Shown here one piece after another: positions 1 through 11,751 of a stretch of 33,147 nucleotides of DNA (positions are counted from its first letter, which is position 1; each line of letters opens with the position of its first letter). The notes under the pieces were generated by a model. The model worked only from the letters and a program-made list of their open reading frames with translations, did no database searches and was not told the origin of the DNA. Source of the stretch: Catajapyx aquilonaris (Eukaryota); NCBI GenBank assembly GCA_000934665.2, contig JYFJ02004329.1:1-33147 (forward strand), in the 5' to 3' direction. Both the position numbers and the translations under genes were made by a program.

Positions 1-837
1 GTACCAGCACCCCCCTTTTATCCAAGAGGTGGGGGCGCCACCATCACAGGCAACCCTAACCAAAAACGGCGCGGCGGCGCCACCGTCACGGGTTACACAA
101 GTATGTTCAAGTAACATATTTTAGTCTGATTAAGTCAATGATAACCGGTTTACACATGTAAATATATTATTTGAACATATTAATATCACTGTAATATTTC
201 CCTGTGTGTATATATAGGGCTCGTATTAAAAATGCATTCTTATGCTATTTTATTATAATTTACTTTAAGGGCGCTATACACTGTTTGGTCATGTACTACG
301 ACTAACAAAATAAGCTCTCCTAAACAGGATATGGAATTACATAGTCCACAGTCCGAGATGACCTTTTCATACGATAACATAAAATCTACAATCGATGCCG
401 ATTGCTCTGTGAGTCGAAATTATTGCAAAATTCAAATTTCTGTACAAGGTGCAAAGGAATGTATGTATTAGAAAACCTGTGAGTCTCGCAGTCTGAATCA
501 AAGTTGAAAGAATTTGTATCATCATCTTCCAACTGATCTTAGTATATCGACTTTTTTACAGTACGTTTCATACAAGGTTTCATAGCTCTGACGTTCATAA
601 TGTGGTGAATCAAATGGAGCTGTTTGTAATGGGGACAAAAACTTGCAGTCCTTCCTCTTGTAGTTAGGTAATCTCATTGACAAGTAATTAACAGAAGTAT
701 TACGTAACAGCGCGTTTGGGGGAGGGGGGGGATGTCTTTATAGAACAACAAAATAATAAAATCTTATCATATTCTTACAACGCACTACCAACCAAAGGAG
801 ACTCGCATTTGCACAATAAGACATCAAGAATTGCCAG

Positions 838-840
<3 letters not shown>

Positions 841-913
<73 letters not shown>
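841..913. repeat. (AAT)n microsatellite, the SINE tail
   Basis: About 24 perfect AAT units; these produce the spurious poly-Ile ORF 716..919. Confidence 0.95.
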
Positions 914-1259
914 GGGTAGTGCAGACCTTCTCGGCATCGCACGGACCTTTATTTATTTTGTGGTTTTTATTACATACACTTTATAATGTCGTCGTAACGC
1001 CCTGGCCCACGGGCGTGGGAGGTTCCCAAGGGAGGGCACTCTGTAGTTTCCAGTCAGTGCAGACCCTCTTTTTCATACCAGACCTTTTCTCTTGGCCCCG
1101 GGCAGAGTGGCGAGTGCAATTCTGCCCCGGCATGTCGGGTGAAAAGCGGAAAAAGACCCCCGGCCAAGCGGAGGTGACGGGGACGGGATTTGAACCCCGG
1201 TCCCCCGCTTGGCTGGCCAACGGCGTAACCGTTGGACCACCATGCATCCATGCCTCCCC
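842..1259 (-). mobile_element. tRNA-derived SINE with (TTA)n tail
   Basis: Minus-strand head has A-box TGGTCCAACGG and B-box GGTTCAAATCC. The 3' tail is the (AAT)n run at 841-913. A 14-bp target-site duplication GAATTGCCAGGTTA lies at 828-841 and 1260-1273. Confidence 0.88.
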
Positions 1260-2079
1260 GAATTGCCAGGTTATTAGTTTTCAGAGTGATCGTAAATATT
1301 CAACAATACTTTCCTCTTGAGGTGGATGCTTTGAAGTGCACTTCTTTGTATAACAACCCTCGTGCACACTAATGGGCTTTCTTTCCCTTCATATTAGATA
1401 ATACGGTAGTATATATTATACTGTATAGCAATATATAGTACAGTAGCCTATCTAATTGCTGTCATTCACCAGAAGTGTGCATTAAATTCGAGCGTACAAT
1501 CTTCCTGCAATGGTCTGATGCTTGATATGACGCCAATTCAAATGACTATTTTAAGGGCGGTGGTCCTTAAGACCGTAGCATAGCGTTTCAACAACGAATT
1601 TTTTCTGTTTCTTCTTCTTCTTCTTGTTGTTGTTACGTTTTTTTCAATCGCACTAACTCAGATTCTGCTGTAGGTAGAGCTTCCAAATTTTGAACACAGA
1701 TCCCCACCATCGTGAATTGATTTCCTACCATTTACACTTTTACTTCATTCCTCTTCAAAACGCCGGAAAAAATTCGAGACCACTGAAAAATACGTTTTCA
1801 TTTTTTTTTGCTCAATAACTATTCGGAATACGGTTTCATCGTCAAGGGGCCGAAGGTGCAGTGGGATGGTGCGGATCTGCGTTCAAAATCTCACAGTTCC
1901 CACTGCCACAGGATTGGAGCTGTGATTTTTTTTACCTCTTATTTTTTCTGTCATTACTTCATTTGTTCATGAGGCCATCACCTAGAAACGTCAATACTTA
2001 TTTACCACCTCGCCATATTGTTATTAGCCTGATGTTACCCTGCCGCTGGTGTGAACGCATTGCACTTATTACAGATTTA

Positions 2080-2515
2080 CAGTTGAATCCGGATATAACA
2101 GCCTCGGGTATAACATACTTGGTTATAAAGGCCGTCCCGGCGGCATGCTTCCATCAGGCACTGTGTATTTTCATTCCTGATATAACAGACTCATTTTCAC
2201 CTCACCTCGGGTATAAGAGACCATTTCTTGGACCCTCGGTGGGAAAATATTGTTTTCAAGGTATAAAATTTGCAAAAAGGAGACGGCAGAAGGAAATTTC
2301 GCCTATTTTGGTCCTGCATAATTTTCGGGTGAGCCAGCAATATTGCATTTGTGACAGATTTCATTAATCGGTATGTAGTCTAGTATAGTGCATAGTACAG
2401 CCATATTGAAAGTAGAAATTTATGTTTACTTTGCGTGACGATTCGGCTATAACGGACCTCGGTTATAACAGACTTTTTCCGCAGTCTCTTGAAGTTTGTT
2501 GTATCCGGATTCAAG
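2080..2515. mobile_element. Tc1/mariner-pogo (Tigger-like) MITE
   Basis: Left end TA|CAGTTGAATCCGGATATAAC; right end GTTGTATCCGGATTCAAG|TA (imperfect TIR, TA flanks). Several subterminal G(G/A)TATAAC repeats. Confidence 0.6.
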
Positions 2516-3097
2516 TAAATGCGTCTGGTATAGGGTTCTCAATGTAGATAATTGAAGGGTTGCCCCGAATAATGTACGTGACATTGGTGACAGTTGTCTA
2601 TAGTTTTGGTGTCCGCGGGTCCGGGAATTGGAAAAGATACATGTCCTGGGCATATACACAGACATACTGTCCGTTCGTTACGCAGGTTTTGCAGACATGT
2701 ACTTGCGTATTTTATTATAACGTGCCAGACGAACTGATTTGCTGAAATCGTCGCATTTCGCAAAAATTAAGTACGGTTGGGAGTTTTCAGATGTGACGGA
2801 GGCAAGCCGCAGATAAGTATTGATTGAATTCTTGCAAAGTACCACGATTTCAGCAAATTCGTCTGGTACAGTTCTCAATGTATATATTCCGTATATTTTA
2901 GCGTATAGGCTATTTCATAATAATTAAATCAGACTAACCGTTGGCTGGTAGCACTCGACTTTCGTTTTTTTTTACGACTGGTGAAAATAATTTTAGGGAC
3001 TTCTAAGCGACGAAAATCGCCTCCAATGCATTCATAGTGCAGACTGTATAGTGTAGAGCAGAAGTTACGTGCACTGTCAAAAAAGAACTGAAATTAT

Positions 3098-3873
3098 ATC
3101 AAAAACTTTCCCTTCAGTAAAAAAAAGAGAAGTAAGACCTCCGCGGCGGAATAAAAGTACTGAAACAAGGCAGGCGCACGTAAGACCTTCACCAATTGAT
3201 TTAAGCTGTACCATAGGTCTTACTCAAGCAATTCTCAAGTACGGTTCGTAAAATGACTGCTGCAAACTACTCAGAGCAGTATAGGTAGGATTTTATTATG
3301 AAAAGAAAAAAATGGGGGAAAAACTAAACCCATCCTAACAGACTTGGTCCAATCGAAAAAGACCCTCTAAAATTCACCAATTAACGTTTATATGTTAAAA
3401 ATTAAACGTTAGAGTTAAAATCAGCATCTAAAAGAGGTGACGATTCTGCATGAATGTTTCATGGCAATAATTCGCACTAATCGCATAGAAATTCAATGTG
3501 CTTAATATTGAAGTTCCTAATTATTTCATAAAACGCTAATATGGAGTGGCTCATGGAAAATTAATGGGTGGAATTTTCGTCGTACTACTATTAACTATAG
3601 GTCTGTAGTTACTGCTAACTTAGCAGTACCATTGCGCTGCACTGGTACTGCTAAGTTAGAAGTAACTAGTAGTACTACAGAAATTCCACAAATTTGTTTT
3701 CAGAAAGGAGACTTCATGAGCAGTGAATTGGAAATTGCTTGAGTAAGACCTATGGTACAGCTTAAATCAATTGGTGAAGATCTTACGTGCGCCTGCCTTG
3801 TTTCAGTACCTTCATTCCGCCGCGGAGGTCTTACTTCTCTCTCTTTTTTTTTACTGAAGGGAAAGTTTTTGAT
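3098..3873. mobile_element. Foldback/MITE with ~135-bp inverted repeats and an internal hairpin
   Basis: 3098-3233 is a near-perfect reverse complement of 3733-3873. Internal ~30-bp stem at 3606-3668. Possible outer ends CACTGT (3072) and ACAGTG (3892); no clear TSD. Confidence 0.75.
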
Positions 3874-4095
3874 CTAATACTTCAATACAGTGAAAATTTT
3901 TGACATTAGTAGAATTTTTTTTTTGCGGAGTTACCGGTACTTTTATGCTGCTAAGCGTCACTGATGGGGTAGAAATATACCCCACGCCATAGCCAATGTA
4001 CATAATTTTTTAGAGAGCACATCACAGCAAATTGTTCTTTCGAAAGTGTGTGTGTTGTTATTCAGAAATAATTATTGCTTGGAACTTAAGGTATA

Positions 4096-4213
4096 TAGTC
4101 TGGTGACCCAGGGTAGCTTGCCCCCTGGGGTAACTGGTTGTTTACTGCTATCCTTTTACGTATGCTGCCATGGTGATTGCCCCCGGGATAGCTTACCCCG
4201 GGTCATCAGACTA
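4096..4213. mobile_element. Small MITE (~118 bp)
   Basis: Inverted termini TAGTCTGGTGACCCAGGGTAGCT ... AGCTTACCCCGGGTCATCAGACTA. Confidence 0.55.
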
Positions 4214-4715
4214 GGGGCCTAAATCTTGCAGACCCTGCAGCTGGGAATGTTTACGCGTTATAAGTCATTACTTACCGCATCGAGCTGGAAGGCTACGAAG
4301 GTGCGATAACGGAGTCTCTGGTCCCTTATGACTCAACTAATGGTCACAGGAGATCAATTTTTTTTACACATACAGATGAGAATACAGGCCGAATTTAGCG
4401 CGGAAGAATGGCTTTAGTGCTATTAAGGCAAATTTTAAAAAAAAAGAAATGAAAACCGCGTGTGGTAGAAAAATACCCCACGTCGTAGCCAATGTATGGC
4501 AGATTCACGTTGGCGGTGTGTTTAAAGGGTAGTACACTATTGAGCAATAAACCAGACTGGAGTGAGCCATGATTACTTCACTTGCCCCTAACCTCCAGCG
4601 TGACTAACTAGCATATGGCACTTGTCTCCTTATGTATGATGCACAACATGGAAATTACACATGCAGAATGTTGCAATCAAGACTTCCGTACGTCTCATCC
4701 ATGACTCGTTTGCCT

Positions 4716-7700
4716 TCAGTCTTGATCTAATGTTATCATCAGAACCTGCAAGCAACAATACCGATCATTGTTCTATTCGGCTATTAACTAAAAGAGAAAT
4801 GTAATAACAAATTTCTACAACTTATTGATGCCTTTCTACCCTTCCATCACAGTCTGATTTGTATCGTATACACTCTGAAGTGCAGTCCACAAGCATTGCA
4901 CACCAGCTTGCCTTAGTTCCCCTGCCATTGGAATGCGGTACTTGTTTTGCAGTTGGAGCAGCGCAATGTTTTTCCCTGTTGTTGCAAGCACACAGGATAA
5001 TCTTTTTCCATTTCATTACAAGACTTTTTTTGACCTACCAACTCTATGGATTAAGCTGTTGGTGTACGTACAGTACTACGGCACTGCATTTTAAAAATTA
5101 TCATTACATTAACCTTGCTGGCAACACATAAAAGGGAAAATGCAATTCTAGAATATCTTGGGGAAGCCAGCATCCCTGCAGTGAGCACAATCCTACACTG
5201 ACAGGAAATATCATCAGTGGTATCGAACCCTCACCCTCAAGTAGCTTATTTTCATTAGTGTGTTCAGTAATTTCTCCTCACCTTCGTTCCGTCATTCCTC
5301 CTTCCATCTGAGTCCTGATTTGGTGGATTCATCTGACTCTTGGAGAGGAGGTGGGGTCGAATGTATCTGATCCAGTACCACACTGTGGTGGTGCTGAGAC
5401 AGAATTTCCTGGCAGTTGCTTCCAGGTTGTGACGACACGAGGAATCTCCAAACTCGAATGCGTCCAGCACCTTCCTCTTCAAGTCCATCGACTGGGTGAG
5501 GGACCCAGAGGGTTCCGCTTCCCTCTGGGGAGGCTGAACGGGAAGAGGAAAAAAAAGTAATTTATTAATCACATAAGTTTGCAGTTGGCAAGTATCCGAA
5601 TCCTTCCTGCATATAACTCTGCAGCATGTTCAATGTTAATCCTTCAGAGTGGTTAGCAAACCTTCTTTTGCATTATAAGCCGTGACTTTGGATCAGTTAC
5701 ATTTAAATGTTATCACATTTAATGAGCTGCAAATGTTAGGTGGAATATGTGCATCATTCTATTGTCTTGCAATCTGCATTTTGCACCCCCATCACCGAAT
5801 AATATGATGATTCAGTTTCTTACCATTGTTTCATCGCTTGTTCTTTCCTCAGCTTTTCGCCTTGGTTGGCACGTCTGACTTTGGGCTGGGGAGGCCAGGA
5901 GATGTGGTCGGAGGAGCTTCACCCAACCCCACACTGTCACTTGTGGTAATCCAAACTTCCTTGCAGTTGACCTCATGCTGTGACGACACTTGGAATCACC
6001 AAACTCGTAGGCATCCATCACTTTCTTCTTGAAATCCAGTGACTTGCGTCCTCTCACTCGCCCTGAAGTAGGCTGCACAGGTGAGGGAAGAGACAAGATT
6101 GTTTCTCACTAATGAGGCACTTGTTGGACCAAGACATTTTAAAAATGTAGTGAGGAGGAACGTCGAGTACGCTGATGGCCGGATAGGCAGCTAAGTGTTT
6201 ATTACAACATCACAGTATCCTTGGACCGTCACCTGAAGAGGACCACTGGTCCCTGCCAACTCTTGCTTTATTACCTTCTTTCCTGCTCCCTTCTGTTTCA
6301 ATCCATCATCAGGCAAGGTGGATCCATGTTCCCCATCATCAGGCGGGAAGACATCCGAATTGGCATTAACACATCTCGTCTCCTTCTGCAACCAAGCATC
6401 AATAACACGTGAGGATTTTGATTGATTTGCATCCGAAGCATGACTTCATGAATTCTGCAGGCAGCCTCAGATAGAAAGTCTGCAGGTTTCAATATACTTC
6501 CTCAATACACTCGACTACACAACCCACAATAAGTGCCCAGCTTCAGCTTATTGTTTTCAATGGAAGAGATTGGTGCAAAAACTGGATATAAGGCCACATT
6601 TGGCCGAAGATGACTTATGGGTGGTGCTGCCCACGTGGGGCCATTCTGCATCTTTTGGTAAAAAAATCAGGTCTGTGAGGCCATCCACTGAGGAAGTACA
6701 GACCTTCCCGAAATTTTATTAGGACCACCCCACATCCAAAGGTTTTTAATTTCTACCGGCCCCTTTGACAAAGTTTGTCAAAGCGGCCAGTCCAAACCAA
6801 ATCTCTTCATGTTCGTGACAAACACAAACAAACAATGACATCATACGTTTGGCGAAGAAGTCATGCCTGAATGTGACATGCATTGATGTAAGTCATTAAA
6901 GTGGAGCAGGACGTCTGAACAGAGTGATGAGGTGTCTGATAATGAATGATGTGATGATTTTGTAACACTAAATATGCCTATAACTCAGAAAAAAAGTTTG
7001 TTGATGTTCATAGCATACACAAATATATTTTATTTGGACATGTCTGGTTCTCTCATCCGGTGCAAAAACAAGACATGCCCACATTATATTGTACTGTAGA
7101 ATGTGTAATACGCATCGTACAAACTTCATATTTTGGTGCGGATTGACTTTGGAATCATCCTATTCAACAAAAAAAATATCCTACGAAAAACTCTTTAAAT
7201 TTGTCAGAAATCCAGTTTTTATTTGTTTACTTGAAGTGCTGTACTCAAAAATCACGTTTATTTATCAGTTACCTCATTGAGTGTAACATCCTCTTTGCTG
7301 AATGATCCGATATACCTTTTTCCTATTCCCTAACATCCGATGAGCATCTTCCTTTCGTCTGCAGGCACGGAGGTGAGGTCGCATGGATTTCACCCAATGC
7401 CTCACAGTCCATGTGCTTACTCCAAACGTATTTGCAGTTGCTCCTACATTGTAACGACATTTGGAATGGTCAAACTCGTACGCATCTAGCACCTTTTCCC
7501 TGAAAGCCAGTGAGTAGGTGCGTTTCTTGTTCACAGAGATTGGCTGCAATAGAAAAATGTCAGTGATCAGTGATATGGTAGGCCTGTACCATATATATTT
7601 TTAAAGGCATAATTCCTACCAGTTAATGATGGGAAATGAGACTTACCATTGGTTTTGGCTCCTTGTCCTTTGCACTGGACATCTTGAGGTCATCAGGAAG

Positions 7701-9457
7701 GATCTTGTCCTCACTGCCTCCCTGGCTAATAAGTTCCGTCATCTTGACCAGAGCAACCAGTTTTGACTTCCTTACTCTCGCTGGCACCTCCTCCTAACAA
7801 AGTACGGATTTTACTTTAACCTTGCAAAGGGAAATGCAACTGTGGAATATCACAACAAGTCATTCCCGAAGAAGTGTGTTCTTACCTTTCGCAAACTGAG
7901 ATTTGAATATCCTCGAGATGCTTTTGAATTGCTTGTACCGTACTCATCTTTTTCATCGTTCATCTGAAGAGGAACAGTTATAAAATTTGTCTCGTGCTGC
8001 AAAATTTCCTTTTCACCTTTCTTTGCGTCCTCTTCCTTCCTGATCTCTTGTTGGGAGTGGTGTGTTTGTGTGCAGGTTCCACACCAGCCTGGATGTCACT
8101 CCTGTCATCCAAGTCGAAGTCACTCCCACACGTGTCTTCAACTACTGTTTCCATCACTTCAGGCTGCTCTGCTCTTATACCTTGGACTCCCTGAAATACC
8201 ACAATGATGCTTAAAATAGGTTCAGTGAACATTTCTGTGCATTTGCATTGCCCTAGCATTTCTTGACATCAAAAACTATGCAGCTCCAGTTCAATGTGTT
8301 GCTGGATTAGCTTCAGCTCACATCACAATAATTATTTCTAATGAGGTTGTTTACTCTACATTCAGTTGAGTTCCATAATGTTCATTAATAATTAGGGTTC
8401 ATATTTACACAGGCAAGTGACACGAACACACAGTATATTGAATGGTTGCCAATTTTGTGTGTCTGTAATTAACTGATGACCCTTACGTCCGCACGTGCTC
8501 CGTTCCGTCCAGGCCAGCCGTCAATGGAAATAAATTCGAATGAAGGTTCAGAGTCTCCTGGCAGGCCACCATCACCACCACAGTCCAGGCTGGAGCCTTC
8601 CTTCCTCTCAGGCGACTGCACTTCCTGAAACCAGGCAGCAACTGTTACGACATCTCTATGCAAAGAAGGGCATGGCCTAAACACTGCAGGATTAATCCCA
8701 CGTGGGCCATTGCCGGGAGATTTGTTGCATGAAGCTGCGCAACTGCAAGAGATAGTTGCTCACCACAATGACTTGCTCAGAGATTCCTTGTCATGAGTGA
8801 TGGCCACCCCCTGTGGCAATTTATTGTTCCAGGACACAGAAGGATGGGCCTAGTGCATCCAGCCTTCAATCTTTTTTGCTGTAACAGTACTCTTTGTATT
8901 CCTGCACAAATCTTTGTGAAATCCATTCAATAATACCCCAATTCTTCAACATGACTGCTTGTCTAACGCATACACTTGAATTCGGGATCTCAATAATTAT
9001 TGTGACGCCTGGCGTGTTGATCCTCCCATTCCGTTGATGATAATAACGGGTTCAAGGATGAAAGCCCGACCCTTTGGATATCGGACTTACAAAACTGGGC
9101 CACAACCCTCCATGCATTACATGCAATAGCTCTACAGAACCCTGTGGTCCCAAGGAATGTGGTGGGCCATCAAGCAGGAAAATGGGATTAAACCTGCTGG
9201 CCGTGTACCTGATCCCCTGTACGTCTCTCGTCCGTCTCTGTCTCCTCCGTTGTTACGACCACCCTTCCACCGGTCCATCCTTCCTCTTCCTCCTCCTGAG
9301 GCTCGACCTTCACAATGTCTGAAGGGCCATGGATGAACTGGTGGGCCCTCAGCTGGATCCTGGTCCTGAAGGTGGCGTCCAGGCAGTACACGCACCTGAA
9401 CTGCCCTTCTTCAGTGACCATGCGGCTTGGTCCATGCTGTGGCTGGTGGAGGCTCAT
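4716..9457 (-). CDS. Gene A: C2H2 zinc finger + 3 Brinker-type HTH domains (~550 aa if all exons are joined)
   Basis: Predicted exons, all AG/GT bounded and phase 0: 9457-9209 (MSLHQP..CVYCLDATFRTRIQLRAHQFIH), 8624-8487, 8190-8017, 7963-7886, 7793-7647, 7543-7316 (HTH), 6385-6275, [6232-6191 stop exon], 6072-5824 (HTH), 5533-5282 (HTH), 4745-4716 (tentative last exon VLMITLDQD*). A 5'UTR exon donor GTGAGT is at 9547-9542. Confidence 0.8.
5282..5533 (-). CDS. Gene A HTH exon A3 (constant terminal Brinker-type domain)
   Basis: 252 nt, cag|CCT..AAG|gtgagg; SMDLKRKVLDAFEFGDSSCRHNLEATARKFCLSTTTVWYWIR. Confidence 0.85.
5824..6072 (-). CDS. Gene A HTH exon A2
   Basis: 249 nt, cag|CCT..ATG|gtaaga; SLDFKKKVMDAYEFGDSKCRHSMRSTARKFGLPQVTVWGWVK. 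Confidence 0.85.
7316..7543 (-). CDS. Gene A HTH exon A1
   Basis: 228 nt, cag|CCA..AAG|gtatat; YSLAFREKVLDAYEFDHSKCRYNVGATANTFGVSTWTVRHWVK. Confidence 0.85.
9209..9457 (-). CDS. Gene A first coding exon, single C2H2 zinc finger
   Basis: F-x-C-x2-C-x4-F-x5-L-x2-H-x3-H pattern (FRCVYCLDATFRTRIQLRAHQFIH), then VKVEP and an acidic run. Acceptor at 9463, donor CAG|gtacac. Confidence 0.85.
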
Positions 9458-10183
9458 CTTCTCTGCAGGAAGAAGAGGCCTGTGCACATCCAGAACAATG
9501 TATTCAGATGCACATGAGAAGGCAGCGCAGTTGGTTCACACACTCACCAGACAAGAAGAAGACTCTTCAGGTCCAGTGGAGTAGTAAGATGAGATAAGAG
9601 AAAAGGGGGGAAAAAATAGATAAGATAAAGGAAAGTAAAGAGATGCAGATATACCCAGAAATAGCGCAACATATCCCTCCAAATTAAACTGATAGGTCAT
9701 CCACCGATATCAAGGGAAAGGAGGTTCAAAAACAGGCCATCAGCTTCCTCTGCCTTTCAGCTTAACCGCCAGTTATGCCACTATTAATGGCCTAGCCAAT
9801 CTCACTGCCGTCGTTTAAGGCCCCCCCACTTAAATTATTATTACAGAAAACGCTTATTATGACCAACCTTGGTAAAAAGGTTATTGCTCATTGAACCTCT
9901 TCACAAGTTGTCCACAACGCAAATGATGATGACAGTCGGTGTTTACGACAAACCTAACCCCTTCTCAAGAACGGTTTTGATTATTACATAATTATGCAGT
10001 ATATGAAAGTAAAATCATACTACATTTATTTTGTTCCACACGTGTACAGAGAGAGGAGGGATTCAATCAAGTACTCAGGAAAATAAATAAAAAAAACAGT
10101 TGGTTTGCATAGCAAGAATGACACTTACTGGACAAGTGAGCATTTCAGCACAAGTATACCCTTGTCAGGAAGCATCCAAGTCT

Positions 10184-10498
10184 CAACCTCGAAAAAGGTC
10201 TTATGAGGTCCCGGCTGGTTCGCCAGCGACGGTACCGTACTCTCTTCCTCGAGCGGTCCTCGGACCTGACTCGCATTTCTTGGTCGGATGGGGTGCTTGG
10301 GAGAATATCCCACCCCCGTCCCTGGGTTGGACCCGGCATTGCAGTACAGCCGGGGCCAGCCCTCCTCTCCCCCACCCTTCTCACCCACCCCCTACCTTGC
10401 AATCCCACACCTTCCTCTCCTACCCCCGGCTGCCAAGGCTCGACTCAGACAGAGCCATACAAGCTGGGTAACCCTTCCTACCAACCAACCAACCAACC
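10184..10498 (+). mobile_element. 5'-truncated non-LTR retroposon (LINE 3' end or SINE) with (CCAA)n tail
   Basis: 14-bp TSD AAGCATCCAAGTCT at 10170-10183 and 10499-10512; ends in CCAA repeats. The paralogous empty site is at ~11485-11498. Confidence 0.8.
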
Positions 10499-11751
10499 AA
10501 GCATCCAAGTCTTTGTCCTCATAATTAACATCACATCATGATCTGCATGAAATACAAAGGCACGACAGTGGTACAACATTGAACGAGAAACTAACATTGG
10601 AATGAGCAATCAGAAGGGTTCGCACCTTGTTAATATGGTCGACATGCATTTGGTTTATATTGATTCATTCTGTAAAAGGGCTGCACAACTTTTGCGTATA
10701 CTACACATCTAACAATGGTTACCAGCCTTATTTTGTCACGAACCTATCTACCAACCTTTCTTCGACCTGGTGACCTGTATGACCGCTGTTCCCCCAGCCA
10801 TATCTCCATCTTTTTACAAAAAATGTTAATTACCCAATGTTCAACCAGGTACGTTGAACTTCCCCCCAAAATTTCCCTTCTTTGCATTCATTTTTTTCTT
10901 CTCTTTCTTCTTTATTTTTGTCTTTTTCCTGGCCTTCCCTGCAACCCTTAAAAACATGTTGGCGACACAAGGGTTGGGAACCAGTCTAATACGCTAACTC
11001 TTCCAGTGGTTCCATCATTTAAGATTCCCCAGATTAGAAACATGGGCCAATTGTATGGTCCAATTTCGGTCCATGGCACTCTGGAGAACGGACGTTCCAC
11101 AGGCAGTCAAACGACTGGGGTAATTGGGCGCAGTCATCGTCTGTTGATGAATCAGTTTTTCTTTCTTTCCTTTGGACACAGCCCTGGTGGCAGGGCCTCT
11201 CTGGCCGACAACCTGTTTTCATCTCTCTTGTTCGCTGCCTCTTCTCACCATTACAATTATGACGTTTCCCCGCTCCCTTGTCAGAGGGGTTCAAAAAGCC
11301 AATCACAGTTGACCCATTGTGCAAGGAGAAAATTCCATGACTAGGCATGCATTGTTGCACAGGTGTGCAGGCAGAAGAGGCATTCAGGAGTCACATGTAC
11401 GCAGGAAATGCAAAGCAACAGTTTGCAGAGCAAGAGTGACATTTACTGGACATGAAAGCATTTCAGTACACAGCTGCCTTCAGGAAGCATCCAAGTCTTT
11501 GCTCTCGAGATGAAAATAACAGGATCTTTATATAACACAAAGGCATGCAAATGGTAGTACGGTACAATATTGAGCAATAAACGAGACTGGAGTGAGCGAT
11601 CAGTACCTCACTTGCTCCTTGTCAATTCCAGCGTGACTAACTACCACATGTGGCTTGTCTCCTTATGTACGTATGATGCATCACTGGGAAATTATACACG
11701 CAGAATGTGCTGCCAACAAAGACTTCCACCTCATCATGGACTCCTTTACCT

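Noticed and set aside
1170..1250. tRNA-like sequence on the minus strand
   Set aside because: Only A/B boxes within a TSD-flanked SINE; no convincing full cloverleaf.
716..1320. ORFs 716..919 (poly-Ile) and 919..1320
   Set aside because: Translations of the SINE and its (AAT)n tail.
3966..4530. ~33-bp direct repeats (GGTAGAAA.ATACCCCACG..TAGCCAATGTA) and a piggyBac-like AAAGGG end
   Set aside because: Probably TE debris, but no matching left end or TTAA pair could be identified.
5470..5495. SMDLK as a CtBP-binding PxDLS motif like Brinker's
   Set aside because: Lacks the Pro and final Ser, and aligns with the structural SLDFK start of the domain.
6160..6193. Stop-codon readthrough at the conserved TAG
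   Set aside because: The downstream frame is not conserved (2-nt insertion in gene C) and no strong in-frame donor follows.
11034..11360. Minus-strand 108-aa ORF in the conserved 3' flank
   Set aside because: The paralog at ~30530-30750 has a stop and a frameshifting deletion; more likely UTR or non-coding.
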